A stretch of 32,000 nucleotides of DNA from the NCBI GenBank assembly GCA_963843975.1, contig CAWJMG010000003.1, positions 2,550,001 through 2,582,000 on the forward strand, given 5' to 3'. This DNA is from an uncultured Actinomycetes bacterium. GTDB lineage: Bacteria; Actinomycetota; Actinomycetes; S36-B12; CAIYMF01. Under the pieces are notes generated by a model. The model saw only the letters and a program-made list of their open reading frames with translations. It ran no database searches and was not told the origin of the DNA. Shown in pieces: positions 17,923 through 27,123 of the stretch (positions are counted from its first letter, which is position 1; each line of letters opens with the position of its first letter). The position numbers and the translations under genes were made by a program.

Positions 17923-19302
17923 GGGATCGCCTGCTCGTAGCGGGCCTGCTCCCAGTCGGTGACGGCCGCGCAGAAGCGCGCCCACTCGTCCGACTTGAGA
18001 TCGACGAGCAGTGCGGACAGGTCCGCACCCAGAGCGTCGCGGACGACGTCGTCCTTGCGGAAGGCGGTGATCGCATCGGCCAGCGTGAGGGGCAGCGGCT
18101 CGAACTGCGTCGCCTCACCGTCGTACGAGCTGCCGACCGTGGGGGCGCCCGGGTCGAGCTTGTTCGCGAGGCCGTCAGCGGCTGCAGCGATGATCGCGGC
18201 GTGCGAGAGGTACGGGTTCACACTCGCATCGGGCAGCTTGTACTCGAGGCGCCCGTTGGCAGACAGCCGCACGGTGCAGGTCTTGTTGTCCATGCCCCAG
18301 TTGATCTGCGACGGCGCGAACTGCCCGGAGTCCCAGTAGCGCTTGTAGGAGTTCACGGTCGAGCCGTTGATCAGCATCGTGCCCGCGGCGTGGCTGAGGA
18401 TGCCGCCAAGGGCGTGCTGGCCCTCGTCGGTGAGGTGCAGCTCGGTGCGGCCGGGCTCGGCGAGGATGTTGACGTCGTCGCGCCAGAAGCTGACGTTGTG
18501 GTGGCAGCCGTTGCCCATCATCCCGGTGGCCGGCTTGGGCATGAAGCTCGCGACGAGGCCGAGCTCGCGCGCCACCTGCTTGCAGATCTGCCGGTAGACC
18601 ACGAGCCGGTCGGCGGTGAGGTCGGAGTGGTCGTACATCCAGTTGAGCTCGAGCTGGCCCGGGTCCTCGTAGTCGCCCTCGATCATGTCGAGGCCGAGGG
18701 CCTGCGCGTAGCGGATCACTCGCTGGTAGACCGGGCGCATCTTCTCGAGGTTCTCGACGTGGTACGCCGGGCTCGATCCGGGCGCGAAGTGCACCTCGAG
18801 CCCCGGACCCTTCCACGTCATCTCCGGCTCGCATCCTGAGCGCATGTGCAGGCCGGTGCTCGCGGTGAACTCGGCATGCACACGCTTCATCGCGCCGCGG
18901 CTGTCGGTGGCGAGGCGCTGGCCGCCGACCTCGGGCAGATGCTCGGGCTCGTAGATCTGGGTGAAGAACCGCGCGACCGTGGTGTCCCACGGCAGGACGG
19001 CGAAGGTGTCGAGGTCGGGCATCGCGGTGAACTCGGCCGCGTGCACCCCGCCGCCGAGCAGGTTGCCCGCGCGGTCCGACTGCAGGTCGGAGATCGCGGT
19101 GCGGTGCAGGTTGACGCCGCGGTCGAGGTTGCGCCGCAGGTGCTTGGCCGGCACCACCTTCCCGATCACGCGCCCGGTCACGGTGACGCCCTGGTAGTAC
19201 ACGAACTCGACGCCTGAGCTTCTCGATCGTCCGTGCGATCTCGTCGACCTGGGCCGCGTCGGCGTTCGCCTCGCGGTGCTGGTCGAGCGGGGTCTTCGAC
19301 AT
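17919..19302 (-). pseudogene. Glutamine-synthetase-family gamma-glutamyl-amine ligase (PuuA/GlnA3/GlnA4/IpuC-like), interrupted by a +1 frameshift near 19214-19226
   Basis: N-terminus MSKTPLDQHREANADAAQVDEIARTIEK is in the frame of ORF 18175-19461; ATG at 19302 with a GAGAGGA ribosome-binding site. The remainder (GVEFVYYQGVTVTGRVIGK...FMPKPATGMMGNGCHHNVSFW...NSYKRYW) is in the frame of ORF 17919. Length is 1384 nt, which is 3n+1. Confidence 0.75.
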
Positions 19303-19336
19303 AGGGATCCTCTCGGGGCGGGACTGGACGACGGGT

Positions 19337-20551
19337 TCAGACGAGCTGGGCGGCGTCGAGCACCAGGGCGCGGTGCTCGGCGTGCCGGGACACGGGGATG
19401 TTGACGAGGAGGGCGCCGACCGTGGCGCCGCCGCGGCGGTAGAGGACGGCCGTTCCGGCACCGAGGTCGGCCAGCGAGCCCTCGACCACCTCGACCGAGT
19501 CGGCGAGGGCCGGCGCGCCGAAGCTCTGCAGGCGCAACCCGAACTGGTCGCTCCAGAACGCCGGCAGCGGGGTGAAGGACGTGTCCGGCACGGATTCGCC
19601 GGCGAGATGGGCCACCAGGGTCTCGGCCGCGCGCTTCGCCGTGTCGCCGGGGATGGACCAGTGCTCGACGCGCCGCGGCACGTCGTCGTACCTCGGGTTG
19701 GGGAACCGCGCGATGTCGCCGACGGCGACGACGTCGTGCCGGCCCTCCACGCGCAGGTGGTTGTCGCAGAGCAGGCCGTCGGACAGGTCGAGGCCGTTCC
19801 CGTCGAGCCACTCCACGTTCGCGTGCGACCCCACCGACTCCACGACGATGTCGGCCTCGATGGGCGAGCCGTCGTCCAGCAGGACGCCGGTCACGCGGCC
19901 GTCGGCGCCGAGCAGCTCGGCGACCCCCTGCCCGGTCACGAAGCGGACGCCCGCCCCGCGGTGGTGCGCCAGCAGCGCCGAGCCGACGTCGGGGCCGACC
20001 CCGCGGACCATCGGCACCGGCAGAGGCTCGACGACGGTGACCGAGCACCCGAGCGACTGCAGGGTGGACGCCGTCTCGCAGCCGATGAACCCGCCGCCTA
20101 CCACGACGGCACGGACACCGGCACGCACGTCGGCCCGCAGCGCCGCGGCGTCCTCAACGGTCCTGACGACGTGCCGACCACCGGCCGGGTCGAGTGCAGG
20201 GAGCCGGCGCGGGCGCAGCCCGGTGGCCGCGACGAGGGCGTCGAAGCGGAGGACGGCGCCGTCCGACAACGCCGCCGTCCCCCGCTCCAGCGAGGTCGCG
20301 GTGACCGAGACCCCGAGCCTCCAGTCGAGCTCCTCGACGCTGACGCGCCGACGGAACGCGAGCGAGGACACCAGCGACGGGACGTCGTGATGCGGTCCCG
20401 AGAGGGCCTCCTTCGAGAGCGGAGGCCGGTTGTACGGCGGATGCGGCTCGGCACCCACGACGGTGATCGAGCCGTCGAAGCCCTGGGCGCGGAGCTGCTC
20501 GGCGGCACGCAGGCCCCCGAGCGAGGCCCCGACCACGAGGACGGACGGCAC
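19337..20551 (-). CDS. FAD/NAD(P)H-dependent ferredoxin reductase (putidaredoxin-reductase-like)
   Basis: 404-aa ORF. VLVVGASLGGLRAAEQLR (FAD GxGxxG), VVVGGGFIGCETAS (NAD fold), YNRPPLSKE. Confidence 0.8.
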   Translation of the reverse strand: MPSVLVVGASLGGLRAAEQLRAQGFDGSITVVGAEPHPPYNRPPLSKEALSGPHHDVPSLVSSLAFRRRVSVEELDWRLGVSVTATSLERGTAALSDGAVLRFDALVAATGLRPRRLPALDPAGGRHVVRTVEDAAALRADVRAGVRAVVVGGGFIGCETASTLQSLGCSVTVVEPLPVPMVRGVGPDVGSALLAHHRGAGVRFVTGQGVAELLGADGRVTGVLLDDGSPIEADIVVESVGSHANVEWLDGNGLDLSDGLLCDNHLRVEGRHDVVAVGDIARFPNPRYDDVPRRVEHWSIPGDTAKRAAETLVAHLAGESVPDTSFTPLPAFWSDQFGLRLQSFGAPALADSVEVVEGSLADLGAGTAVLYRRGGATVGALLVNIPVSRHAEHRALVLDAAQLV

Positions 20552-20555
20552 GGCG

Positions 20556-20744
20556 TCAGTCCTCGATGAAGATCGCCTGCACAGGGCAGACGTCCATCGC
20601 GTCCTCGACCTGCTGGCGCAGGGAATCGTCCGGCGCGCCCTCGAAGACGAGCTTGCTGTTCTCGTCCATCTGGAAGACGGCCGGCGCTGCGATCGCGCAC
20701 TGGCCGTGGTCCTGGCACAGGTTCATGTCGACGACGACCTTCAT
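20556..20744 (-). CDS. Small [3Fe-4S]/[4Fe-4S]-type ferredoxin, P450 redox partner
   Basis: MKVVVDMNLCQDHGQCAIAAPAVFQMDENSKLVFEGAPDDSLRQQVEDAMDVCPVQAIFIED, 62 aa. CxxxGxC...CP cysteine pattern. The ATG overlaps the P450 stop (ATGA). Confidence 0.8.
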   Translation of the reverse strand: MKVVVDMNLCQDHGQCAIAAPAVFQMDENSKLVFEGAPDDSLRQQVEDAMDVCPVQAIFIED

Positions 20745-21982
20745 GCGCGTGCCTCCGAAGCCGTGGGGGTGAACAGGAGGGGGAGCTTGGTGGGGCCGGT
20801 GTTGCCGGAGTACGGCAGCCACTCGGAGCCCGCGCCGACCCGGAGGTCGGGCATGCGCGCGGCGAGGATCGGCAGGGCCACGGACATGTCCATGCGGCCC
20901 ACGAAGTGGCCGAGGCAGTGGTGGGCGCCGCCGCCGAAGCCGAAGTGCGGCGTGCGCCCTTCGACGGTGATGTCGAAGGCCGGGCTCTCGACGGCGTCGG
21001 GGTCGGTGCCGGCCGACTCGGAGAACAGATGGATCGTCGTGCCGGCGGGGATCTGAAGGCCCTCGAACTCGAAGTCGTCGAGCGCCTCGCGGGTCACCCA
21101 GGTGACCGTGGGGGCGACGCGCATGACCTCCTCGACCGCGGCCTTGCCGAGATCGGGGTTGGCGCCCAGGAGCGCCCACTGGTCGGGGTGGTCCGCGAAG
21201 GTCTGCATCGCCAGGCTCAGCTGGTTGCGCGTGGTGTCGAAGCCGCCGAAGACCATGAGCGCCATCGAGTTGCGCAGCTCGGTCGCCGAGAGCCTCTCGT
21301 CGTCGCGCTGCGCCTGCACGAGCGCGGTGGCGAAGTCGTCGCGGGGCTTCGCCGTGCGGTCGGCGATCACCGCGTCGCAGTAGGCGAAGAGCTCGGTCAG
21401 CGCCGCCTCGATCTGCGGCAGCTCCTCCTGGAACGTGACGCCCATCGCCAGGCCGATGGTGGCCGACAGGCTCGCGATCTGCGGCCAGTCCTCCTCCGGC
21501 AGACCGAGCAGGATCGCGATGACGCGGGCGGCGTACGGCTCGGCGAACTCCGCGACGTACTCGCACTCGCCGGTGGGCGCGAACCCGTCGACCAGCTCGT
21601 TCGCCAGCGCGACGAAGCGCGGCGAGAGGGAGGCGAGGGCACGCGGCGAGAAGGCCGGGTTGAGCAGGCGGCGCAGGCGGGCGTGGTCCTCGCCCTCCAT
21701 GTTGAGCAGCCAGCCCGCCCACCACTCTGCGAACGGCCCGGTCACGCCGTTGTGCGCGGGCCAGGCCCAGCTGCCCTGGCGCAGGCGGCGGTCCTTGATG
21801 AGCCGGTTGACCTCGTCGTAGCGGAGCACGGCGAGGCCGTACGGCGTCCGCGCGCACCAACCCTCGGCACGGGCCTCACGGACGGCGTCGGACTGGACCG
21901 AGAACGACGGGTCCGAGACGGGGAGGTACGGGAGCTCGTCCCACGACAGCGGGGCTGCAGGCGCGATGGGGATGGAGGTCAT
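20741..21982 (-). CDS. Cytochrome P450 monooxygenase
   Basis: 413-aa ORF. Heme-thiolate loop FGFGGGAHHCLGHFVG, EXXR element (EEVMRVAP) and I-helix-like MVFGGFDTTRN. Confidence 0.9.
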   Translation of the reverse strand: MTSIPIAPAAPLSWDELPYLPVSDPSFSVQSDAVREARAEGWCARTPYGLAVLRYDEVNRLIKDRRLRQGSWAWPAHNGVTGPFAEWWAGWLLNMEGEDHARLRRLLNPAFSPRALASLSPRFVALANELVDGFAPTGECEYVAEFAEPYAARVIAILLGLPEEDWPQIASLSATIGLAMGVTFQEELPQIEAALTELFAYCDAVIADRTAKPRDDFATALVQAQRDDERLSATELRNSMALMVFGGFDTTRNQLSLAMQTFADHPDQWALLGANPDLGKAAVEEVMRVAPTVTWVTREALDDFEFEGLQIPAGTTIHLFSESAGTDPDAVESPAFDITVEGRTPHFGFGGGAHHCLGHFVGRMDMSVALPILAARMPDLRVGAGSEWLPYSGNTGPTKLPLLFTPTASEARA

Positions 21983-21989
21983 GCGTTAA

Positions 21990-22018
21990 AGCATTGACCT
22001 CATATGTTTTCCTGTCAA
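21990..22018 (-). promoter_or_regulatory. Candidate sigma-70-type promoter giving a leaderless P450 transcript
   Basis: On the minus strand: TTGACA (22018-22013), 17-nt spacer, AATGCT (21995-21990). The -10 element ends about 7 nt before the ATG at 21982. This is the most AT-rich stretch of the window. Confidence 0.35.
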
Positions 22019-22032
22019 GACCTCGCGACGAC

Positions 22033-22770
22033 CTACGTCGACGGTGTCAGGACGAGAGTCCAGCCGAGGTCGGCCACGACGGGCAGGACGACCACGTCGG
22101 GGAGGGGGCCTCCACCGTCGGCCTCGAGCCGCACGCGGGCGCCGGTGGCGAAGTGCGGGGTGTTCGCCGTGACCACGCGCCGCTCGTGGTTGAGCAGCGC
22201 TGCGCGCGACGGGATGCGGCGCAGCACCGGCAGCAGCTCGGACTCGAGGTGCGCGAGGGCCACATCAGCACCCGCGACTCCGGCGAACGCGTCGCCGACC
22301 ACGACGGGGATGGCGAAGGTGAGGGCGAAGCGGTCCGCGCCCCGGTAGTCGAAGTACGGCCCGCCGACCATGCGCCGACCCTCGTCGCGCGGCACCCGGA
22401 ACCACTCCATCTCGGGGTAGTCGTACGGGTCGTCGCTCGTCGGATCAATGTCGAGCAGCAGCGCCTCCGGAGCACCGCCCGGGGCGAGCTGACGCCACTC
22501 GAGGTGGCGCTCGCGATCCGCCAGGTAGCCAGGCTCTAGGACGATGCCCGCACCGACCAGCAGCGTGTCGTCCGTGAGCGCGTGCTCCGCGAAGGGGCGC
22601 ACACCGAGGAGGTCGTCGCTCGTCACGCGGCCGGTGCGCGAGGCGGCTGACGCGATCGAGGCGAACGTCTCCGCGACGGGCGCGAGCTCCTCGAAGACAC
22701 GCTCCACCGGCGCCGCGAGCTCGTGCGCCGCCTGCCGCATCTCGTCCGTCACAGCCTGGTCACCGGCCAC
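22033..22770 (-). CDS. Stand-alone Cache (dCache_1-type) ligand-sensor-domain protein with no TM segment or output domain
   Basis: 245-aa ORF. DPYDYPEMEWFRVPRDEGRRMVGGPYFDYRGADRFALTFAIPVVVGDAFAGVAGADVALAHLES matches the Cache core pattern (Y-D-Y..W-F...PY.D...G....T.A.PV.....GV.G.D..L). Confidence 0.65.
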   Translation of the reverse strand: MAGDQAVTDEMRQAAHELAAPVERVFEELAPVAETFASIASAASRTGRVTSDDLLGVRPFAEHALTDDTLLVGAGIVLEPGYLADRERHLEWRQLAPGGAPEALLLDIDPTSDDPYDYPEMEWFRVPRDEGRRMVGGPYFDYRGADRFALTFAIPVVVGDAFAGVAGADVALAHLESELLPVLRRIPSRAALLNHERRVVTANTPHFATGARVRLEADGGGPLPDVVVLPVVADLGWTLVLTPST

Positions 22771-23518
22771 CGGAATCCCCTCCGTGCAGCTCGATGCGAG
22801 CCTCGATCAGCTTGTGCGTGTTGGCTTCCACGTGCTGCTCCGCCAGGGTGCGGGCGAGCGTGGAGTCCTCCCGCGAGATCGCCAGCGCGATGGCGTGGTG
22901 CTGCTCGGCAGCCTTGCGCGCGTCCTCGTCGGTGGCTCCCGGGAGCCACAGGAGCACGCCCAGCTCGGCCTGCAGCGACACCTCGGCCCGGGTGAGCCGT
23001 TCGGACGCCGCGGCCACCGCCACCTCGATGTGGAACCGGGTGTCGGCCCGCGTGCGGTCGCCGACGCCGACGGCCTCCTCGACGCGCCCGGCCAGCGAGA
23101 GCAGCCGGCGGACGTTGTCGGTCGACGCGCGCGACGCCGCGAGCCTCGCCGCCGCGCCTGACACGGCGGCCAGCTCGTCGCCGGCGTCACGCAGGTCGCT
23201 GACGGACAAGGCCGCCAGCTGCGCCCGCAGCACGGCCTTGGTCGGGTCACCGGGCGCGCGTACGAAGCTGCCGCCGTTCCGGCCGCGCTTGGTCTCGACG
23301 AGGCCCTGCTCGCGCAGGCTCGCCAGCGCCTCGCGCAGCGTCACGGTCGAGACGCCCAGCTGGGCCGACAGCTCGGTCTCGCTCGGCAGCTGCTCGCCGT
23401 CCGAGAGGAGTCCGAGCGCCACCGACTCGGTGATGCGCTGGATGACGGCGTCGGTGCGCCCGCCGGAGATGAGCGGCGCGAACACGGTCGTGCGCGCGGA
23501 CACCCGTCCGTCGGCCAT
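22760..23518 (-). CDS. GntR-family (FadR/FCD subfamily) transcriptional regulator
   Basis: Winged-HTH region LPSETELSAQLGVSTVTLREALASLREQGLVETKRGRNGGSFV, followed by an all-helical FCD-like C-terminal domain. The ATG at 23518 (MADGRVSARTT) is preferred over the 23593 start in the track. Overlaps the Cache gene by 11 nt. Confidence 0.8.
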   Translation of the reverse strand: MADGRVSARTTVFAPLISGGRTDAVIQRITESVALGLLSDGEQLPSETELSAQLGVSTVTLREALASLREQGLVETKRGRNGGSFVRAPGDPTKAVLRAQLAALSVSDLRDAGDELAAVSGAAARLAASRASTDNVRRLLSLAGRVEEAVGVGDRTRADTRFHIEVAVAAASERLTRAEVSLQAELGVLLWLPGATDEDARKAAEQHHAIALAISREDSTLARTLAEQHVEANTHKLIEARIELHGGDSGGR

Positions 23519-23649
23519 GCCGCCCCTCCCGAGGTGATGCGAGCGTCCCGGCCACGTGTCGGGCAGATGACGAGCCGGACCCCAGCGTGACATGCGGGGG
23601 TCCAGGGTTTCGGTCCGGCACCAGTATCCAAGGTCAGCCTCAGAAAGTC

Positions 23650-23678
23650 TTGTGCAATGACCTATGAAGGTTTAGGTT
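23650..23678 (+). promoter_or_regulatory. Candidate promoter of the permease gene
   Basis: TTGTGC (23650-23655), 17-nt spacer, TAGGTT (23673-23678). AGGAGA ribosome-binding site at 23741-23746 before GTG at 23751. Inverted hexamers AGGTCA (23631-36) and TGACCT (23658-63) flank or overlap the -35 element. Confidence 0.3.
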
Positions 23679-23750
23679 TTGCCCCCATCGCCCTCCCCCG
23701 GCGTGCCCCCGTCGCCGAGCCCTTCGGCCCGACGTTGTTAGGAGACCTAG

Positions 23751-25262
23751 GTGAGCGAGTCCGCCGCGCACCACGACGAGGACGCCGCGCGCCTCGCCGC
23801 GCTTGGCTACACCTCGGAGTTCAAGCGGGACATGAGCCTCTGGGCGAACTTCTCGCTCGGCTTCACGTACCTGTCGCCCGTCGTGGGCATCTACTCCCTC
23901 TTCGCCTTCGCCCTCGCGACCGGCGGCCCGCCCATGATCTGGTCGCTCGTGATCGTGGGCGTCGGCCAGTTCCTCGTCGCGCAGGTCTTCAGCGAGGTCG
24001 TCGCGCAGTACCCCGTCGCCGGCGGCGTCTACCCCTGGGCCCGTCGCCTGTGGGGCAAGAAGTGGGCCTGGATGACCGGTTGGGTCTACCTGATCGCCCT
24101 GCTCGCCACGATCGCGTCGGTCACCTTCGGCGCCGGCCCGTACGTCGCGGCCGTCCTCGGCATCGACGCCAGCGTCGAGAACGCGATCTGGTGCGCCCTC
24201 GCCCTCCTCGCGATCGCGACGGCGATCAACTTCGGCGGCACCAAGGTGCTGTCGTACGCCGCCATCGCCGGCTTCACGGCCGAGATCATCGGCGCGCTCG
24301 TCGTCGGCGTCTGGCTGCTGCTGTTCCACCGCGAGCAGAGCTTCAGCGTCCTGTTCGACACGTTCGGCACCCAGGGCGACGGCTCGTACCTCCCGGCGTT
24401 CGCTGCTGCGGCCCTCATCGGCGTGTACCAGTACTACGGCTTCGAGGCGTGCGGCGACGTCGCGGAGGAGGTGCCCGACCCGGGCATCCGCATCCCGAAG
24501 TCGATGCGCCGCACCATCTACATCGGCGGTGCTGCCGCGACGTTCGTGTGCCTGTCGCTGATCCTCTCCGTGACCGACATCAACGCCGTCATCTCCGGCG
24601 ACGACGCCGACCCCGTCGGCACGATCCTCACGAACGCGTTCGGCGAGACCGGCTCGAAGATCGTCCTCACGGTCGTGCTGCTCTCGTTCCTGTCGTGCGC
24701 TATGAGCCTCCAGGCCGCGGCGTCCCGCCTCGCCTACTCGTACGGCCGCGACAAGATGATCATGGGCTCGGGCCTCTGGTCGAAGTTCTCCCAGACCCGC
24801 CACGTCCCGCCGTACGCACTGCTGCTGGCGGCCGTGATCCCGGCTCTGATCGTGATCAGCGCGAAGTTCTCGACCGATGCGCTCACGAAGATCATCAGCT
24901 TCGCGGCGCTCGGCATCTACATCGCGTTCCAGATGGTCGTCCTCGCTGCGCTCCGTGCCCGGTTCAAGGGCTGGAAGCCCAGCGGCAAGTTCCAGCTCGG
25001 CGCGTGGGGTCTTCCGATCACCGTTCTGGCCCTCGTGTACGGGATCATTGCGATGATCAACATGGCGTGGCCGCGCACCCCGGACGCGTCGTTCGTCGAC
25101 AACTACATCGTCGCGATCTCCGCGGTCGTCGTGATCGGCATCGGTCTCGTCTACATGGTGATCGCCAAGCCCTACGACCGGGGCGACGCGCCGCACGGTG
25201 ACGCGATCGACGCCGGCACGTGGGAGCACGACCACAAGGTCCACACGATCGAGTCCATCTAG
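23751..25262 (+). CDS. APC-superfamily amino acid/amine permease
   Basis: Intact 503-aa ORF with about 12 hydrophobic helices. FSLGFTYLSPVVGIYSLF and QYPVAGGVYPWARRLWG are typical of APC permeases. Confidence 0.8.
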   Translation: MSESAAHHDEDAARLAALGYTSEFKRDMSLWANFSLGFTYLSPVVGIYSLFAFALATGGPPMIWSLVIVGVGQFLVAQVFSEVVAQYPVAGGVYPWARRLWGKKWAWMTGWVYLIALLATIASVTFGAGPYVAAVLGIDASVENAIWCALALLAIATAINFGGTKVLSYAAIAGFTAEIIGALVVGVWLLLFHREQSFSVLFDTFGTQGDGSYLPAFAAAALIGVYQYYGFEACGDVAEEVPDPGIRIPKSMRRTIYIGGAAATFVCLSLILSVTDINAVISGDDADPVGTILTNAFGETGSKIVLTVVLLSFLSCAMSLQAAASRLAYSYGRDKMIMGSGLWSKFSQTRHVPPYALLLAAVIPALIVISAKFSTDALTKIISFAALGIYIAFQMVVLAALRARFKGWKPSGKFQLGAWGLPITVLALVYGIIAMINMAWPRTPDASFVDNYIVAISAVVVIGIGLVYMVIAKPYDRGDAPHGDAIDAGTWEHDHKVHTIESI

Positions 25263-25297
25263 GCAGAGCCTGGGCGGAACCCCCGCAGGAGGAGCCG

Positions 25298-27123
25298 GTG
25301 CACGAGATCGCCGGCTTCCTGCGGGGGTTCCCGCCGTTCGAGGGGGCGGCCGACGACGTGCTCGACGCCGTCGTCGACGCCACCGAGATCGAGTTCTTCC
25401 ACCAGGGCGCGTGGATCCTGCGCGCCGGCGAGGCCAACGACGGCTTCGCGCACGTGGTGCGCACCGGCCACGTCGAGCTGATCGACTCCGGCCGCGTCAT
25501 CGACGTCATCGGGCCGGGCGACCTGGTCGGCCTTCCCTCGCTCGTGAGCGACCTGCCGCCCGGGCTCGACGTACGCGCCGCCGAGGACGTGCTCGCCTAC
25601 CGCATCCCCGCCGACGCCTTCCTGCCGCTGCTGGCTGGTCGCAGCGGCCTGCGCTTCCTCGCCCGAACCGTGCGCGACCGCACCCCTGCGCTCCCCTCCG
25701 AGCAGCTCACCGAGACCGCCGTCGAGCAGGTCGGCTCCCTCGCGCGAACCGCCGTCGTCGTGACACCAGGGACGCCGATCGGCGACGTCGTGCGCGGGAT
25801 GCGGGAGCGCGACGCCTCCTGTGCCCTCGTCCGCGGCGACGACGGCGTGCTCGGCATCGTCACCGACCACGACCTGCGCAACCGCGTGCTCGCCGTAGGC
25901 CTCGAGCGCGCTCGCCCATCGGCGCCGTCGCGACGTCGCCGGCCCGCACCACCACCCCCGACCAGACGGCCGACGACGCCGTGCTCGCGATGCTCGCCCA
26001 CGGCATCCGCCACCTCCCGGTCGTCGCGGCCGACGGCACGGTGGTCGGCGTCCTCGAGGACGTCGACCTCCTCGCTGCCCAGAGCCGTACGCCGGTGCGC
26101 GTGCGCCGAGCGATCGCGCGCGCGACCACGCCGGGCGAGCTCGTCGAGGTGGCGCAGGCCATCAGGCCCTCCGTCGTCGGCGCCGTCCGCGCGGGCCACC
26201 CGGCGGCGACGGTGAGCACCACGCTCTCGACGCTCCTCGAGGCGGTCGTGGCCAAGGCCGTCGAGCTGCACGTCCGCGAGCGCGGCGTGCCGCCCAAGGC
26301 CTTCGCGTGGTTGGTGACCGGCTCGGTCGCCCGCCGCGAGGCCGTGCTCTCGAGCGACCTCGACTCCCTCATCGCCTGGGAGGGTGACGACGACGACCAG
26401 CCCACGAAGACGTGGATGCGTGCGCTCGCCGCCGACGTGCTCGTCACCCTCGACGCGTGCGGCCTGTCGCACGACGACAACGGCGTGCGCGCGGACGACC
26501 CTCGGTTCTCCCGCTCGGTCGACAGCTGGTTGGACGCCGTCCGCACCTGGGCCACGGACCCCACCGTGGGCCAGGCCGACATCTACCTGGCCACGCTCAT
26601 GGACGCACGACCGGTGTGGGGCCACGGCTCGTGGACGCCGGTGCAGGACGCCGTCGTCGCAGCGCACGGACGGCGGTACGTGCGCAGCGCGCTGCACCGC
26701 GTCGCCACCGGGCTGCGTCCGCCGACGGGCTTCGTGCGGGACCTCGTGATCGAGGACTCCGGCGAGCACGCCGGCACGCTCGACCTCAAGCGCGGCGGCT
26801 TCATGCCCGTCGTCGCGATCGGACGCTACCTCGAGGCGTTCGTACCCGGCCCGCTCACGTCGTCGACCGTCGACCGCGTGCGGGCCGCTGCCGTCCGCGG
26901 TGCCATCTCCGACGAGGACGCGCGCGACCTCGTCGACGCGTTCGACGTCGTGCAGACGGAGCGGCTCGAGCACCAGGTGGCACAGCTCGGCGCGGGCGAG
27001 ACGCAGGACGACCACGTGCGTCCCGACTCGCTCACGACGCTCGCGCGCCGCGGGCTGCGCGACGCGTTCCGGGTCGTGACGCGCGTGCAGAAGGCGCTGC
27101 CGCCGCCGGACCTGCAGCCATGA
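25298..27123 (+). pseudogene. cNMP-binding + tandem CBS + DUF294 putative nucleotidyltransferase, interrupted by a -1 frameshift within 25904-25917
   Basis: GTG at 25298 follows AGGAGG. The cNMP and first CBS part (FLRGFPPF...GIVTDHDLRNRVLAVGLE) is in the frame of ORF 25220. The remainder (SPIGAVATSPA...HLPVV...WLVTGSVARREAVLSSDLDSLIAWEG, a GS...D.D NTase motif) is in the frame of ORF 25198. Length is 1826 nt, which is 3n+2. Confidence 0.75.
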
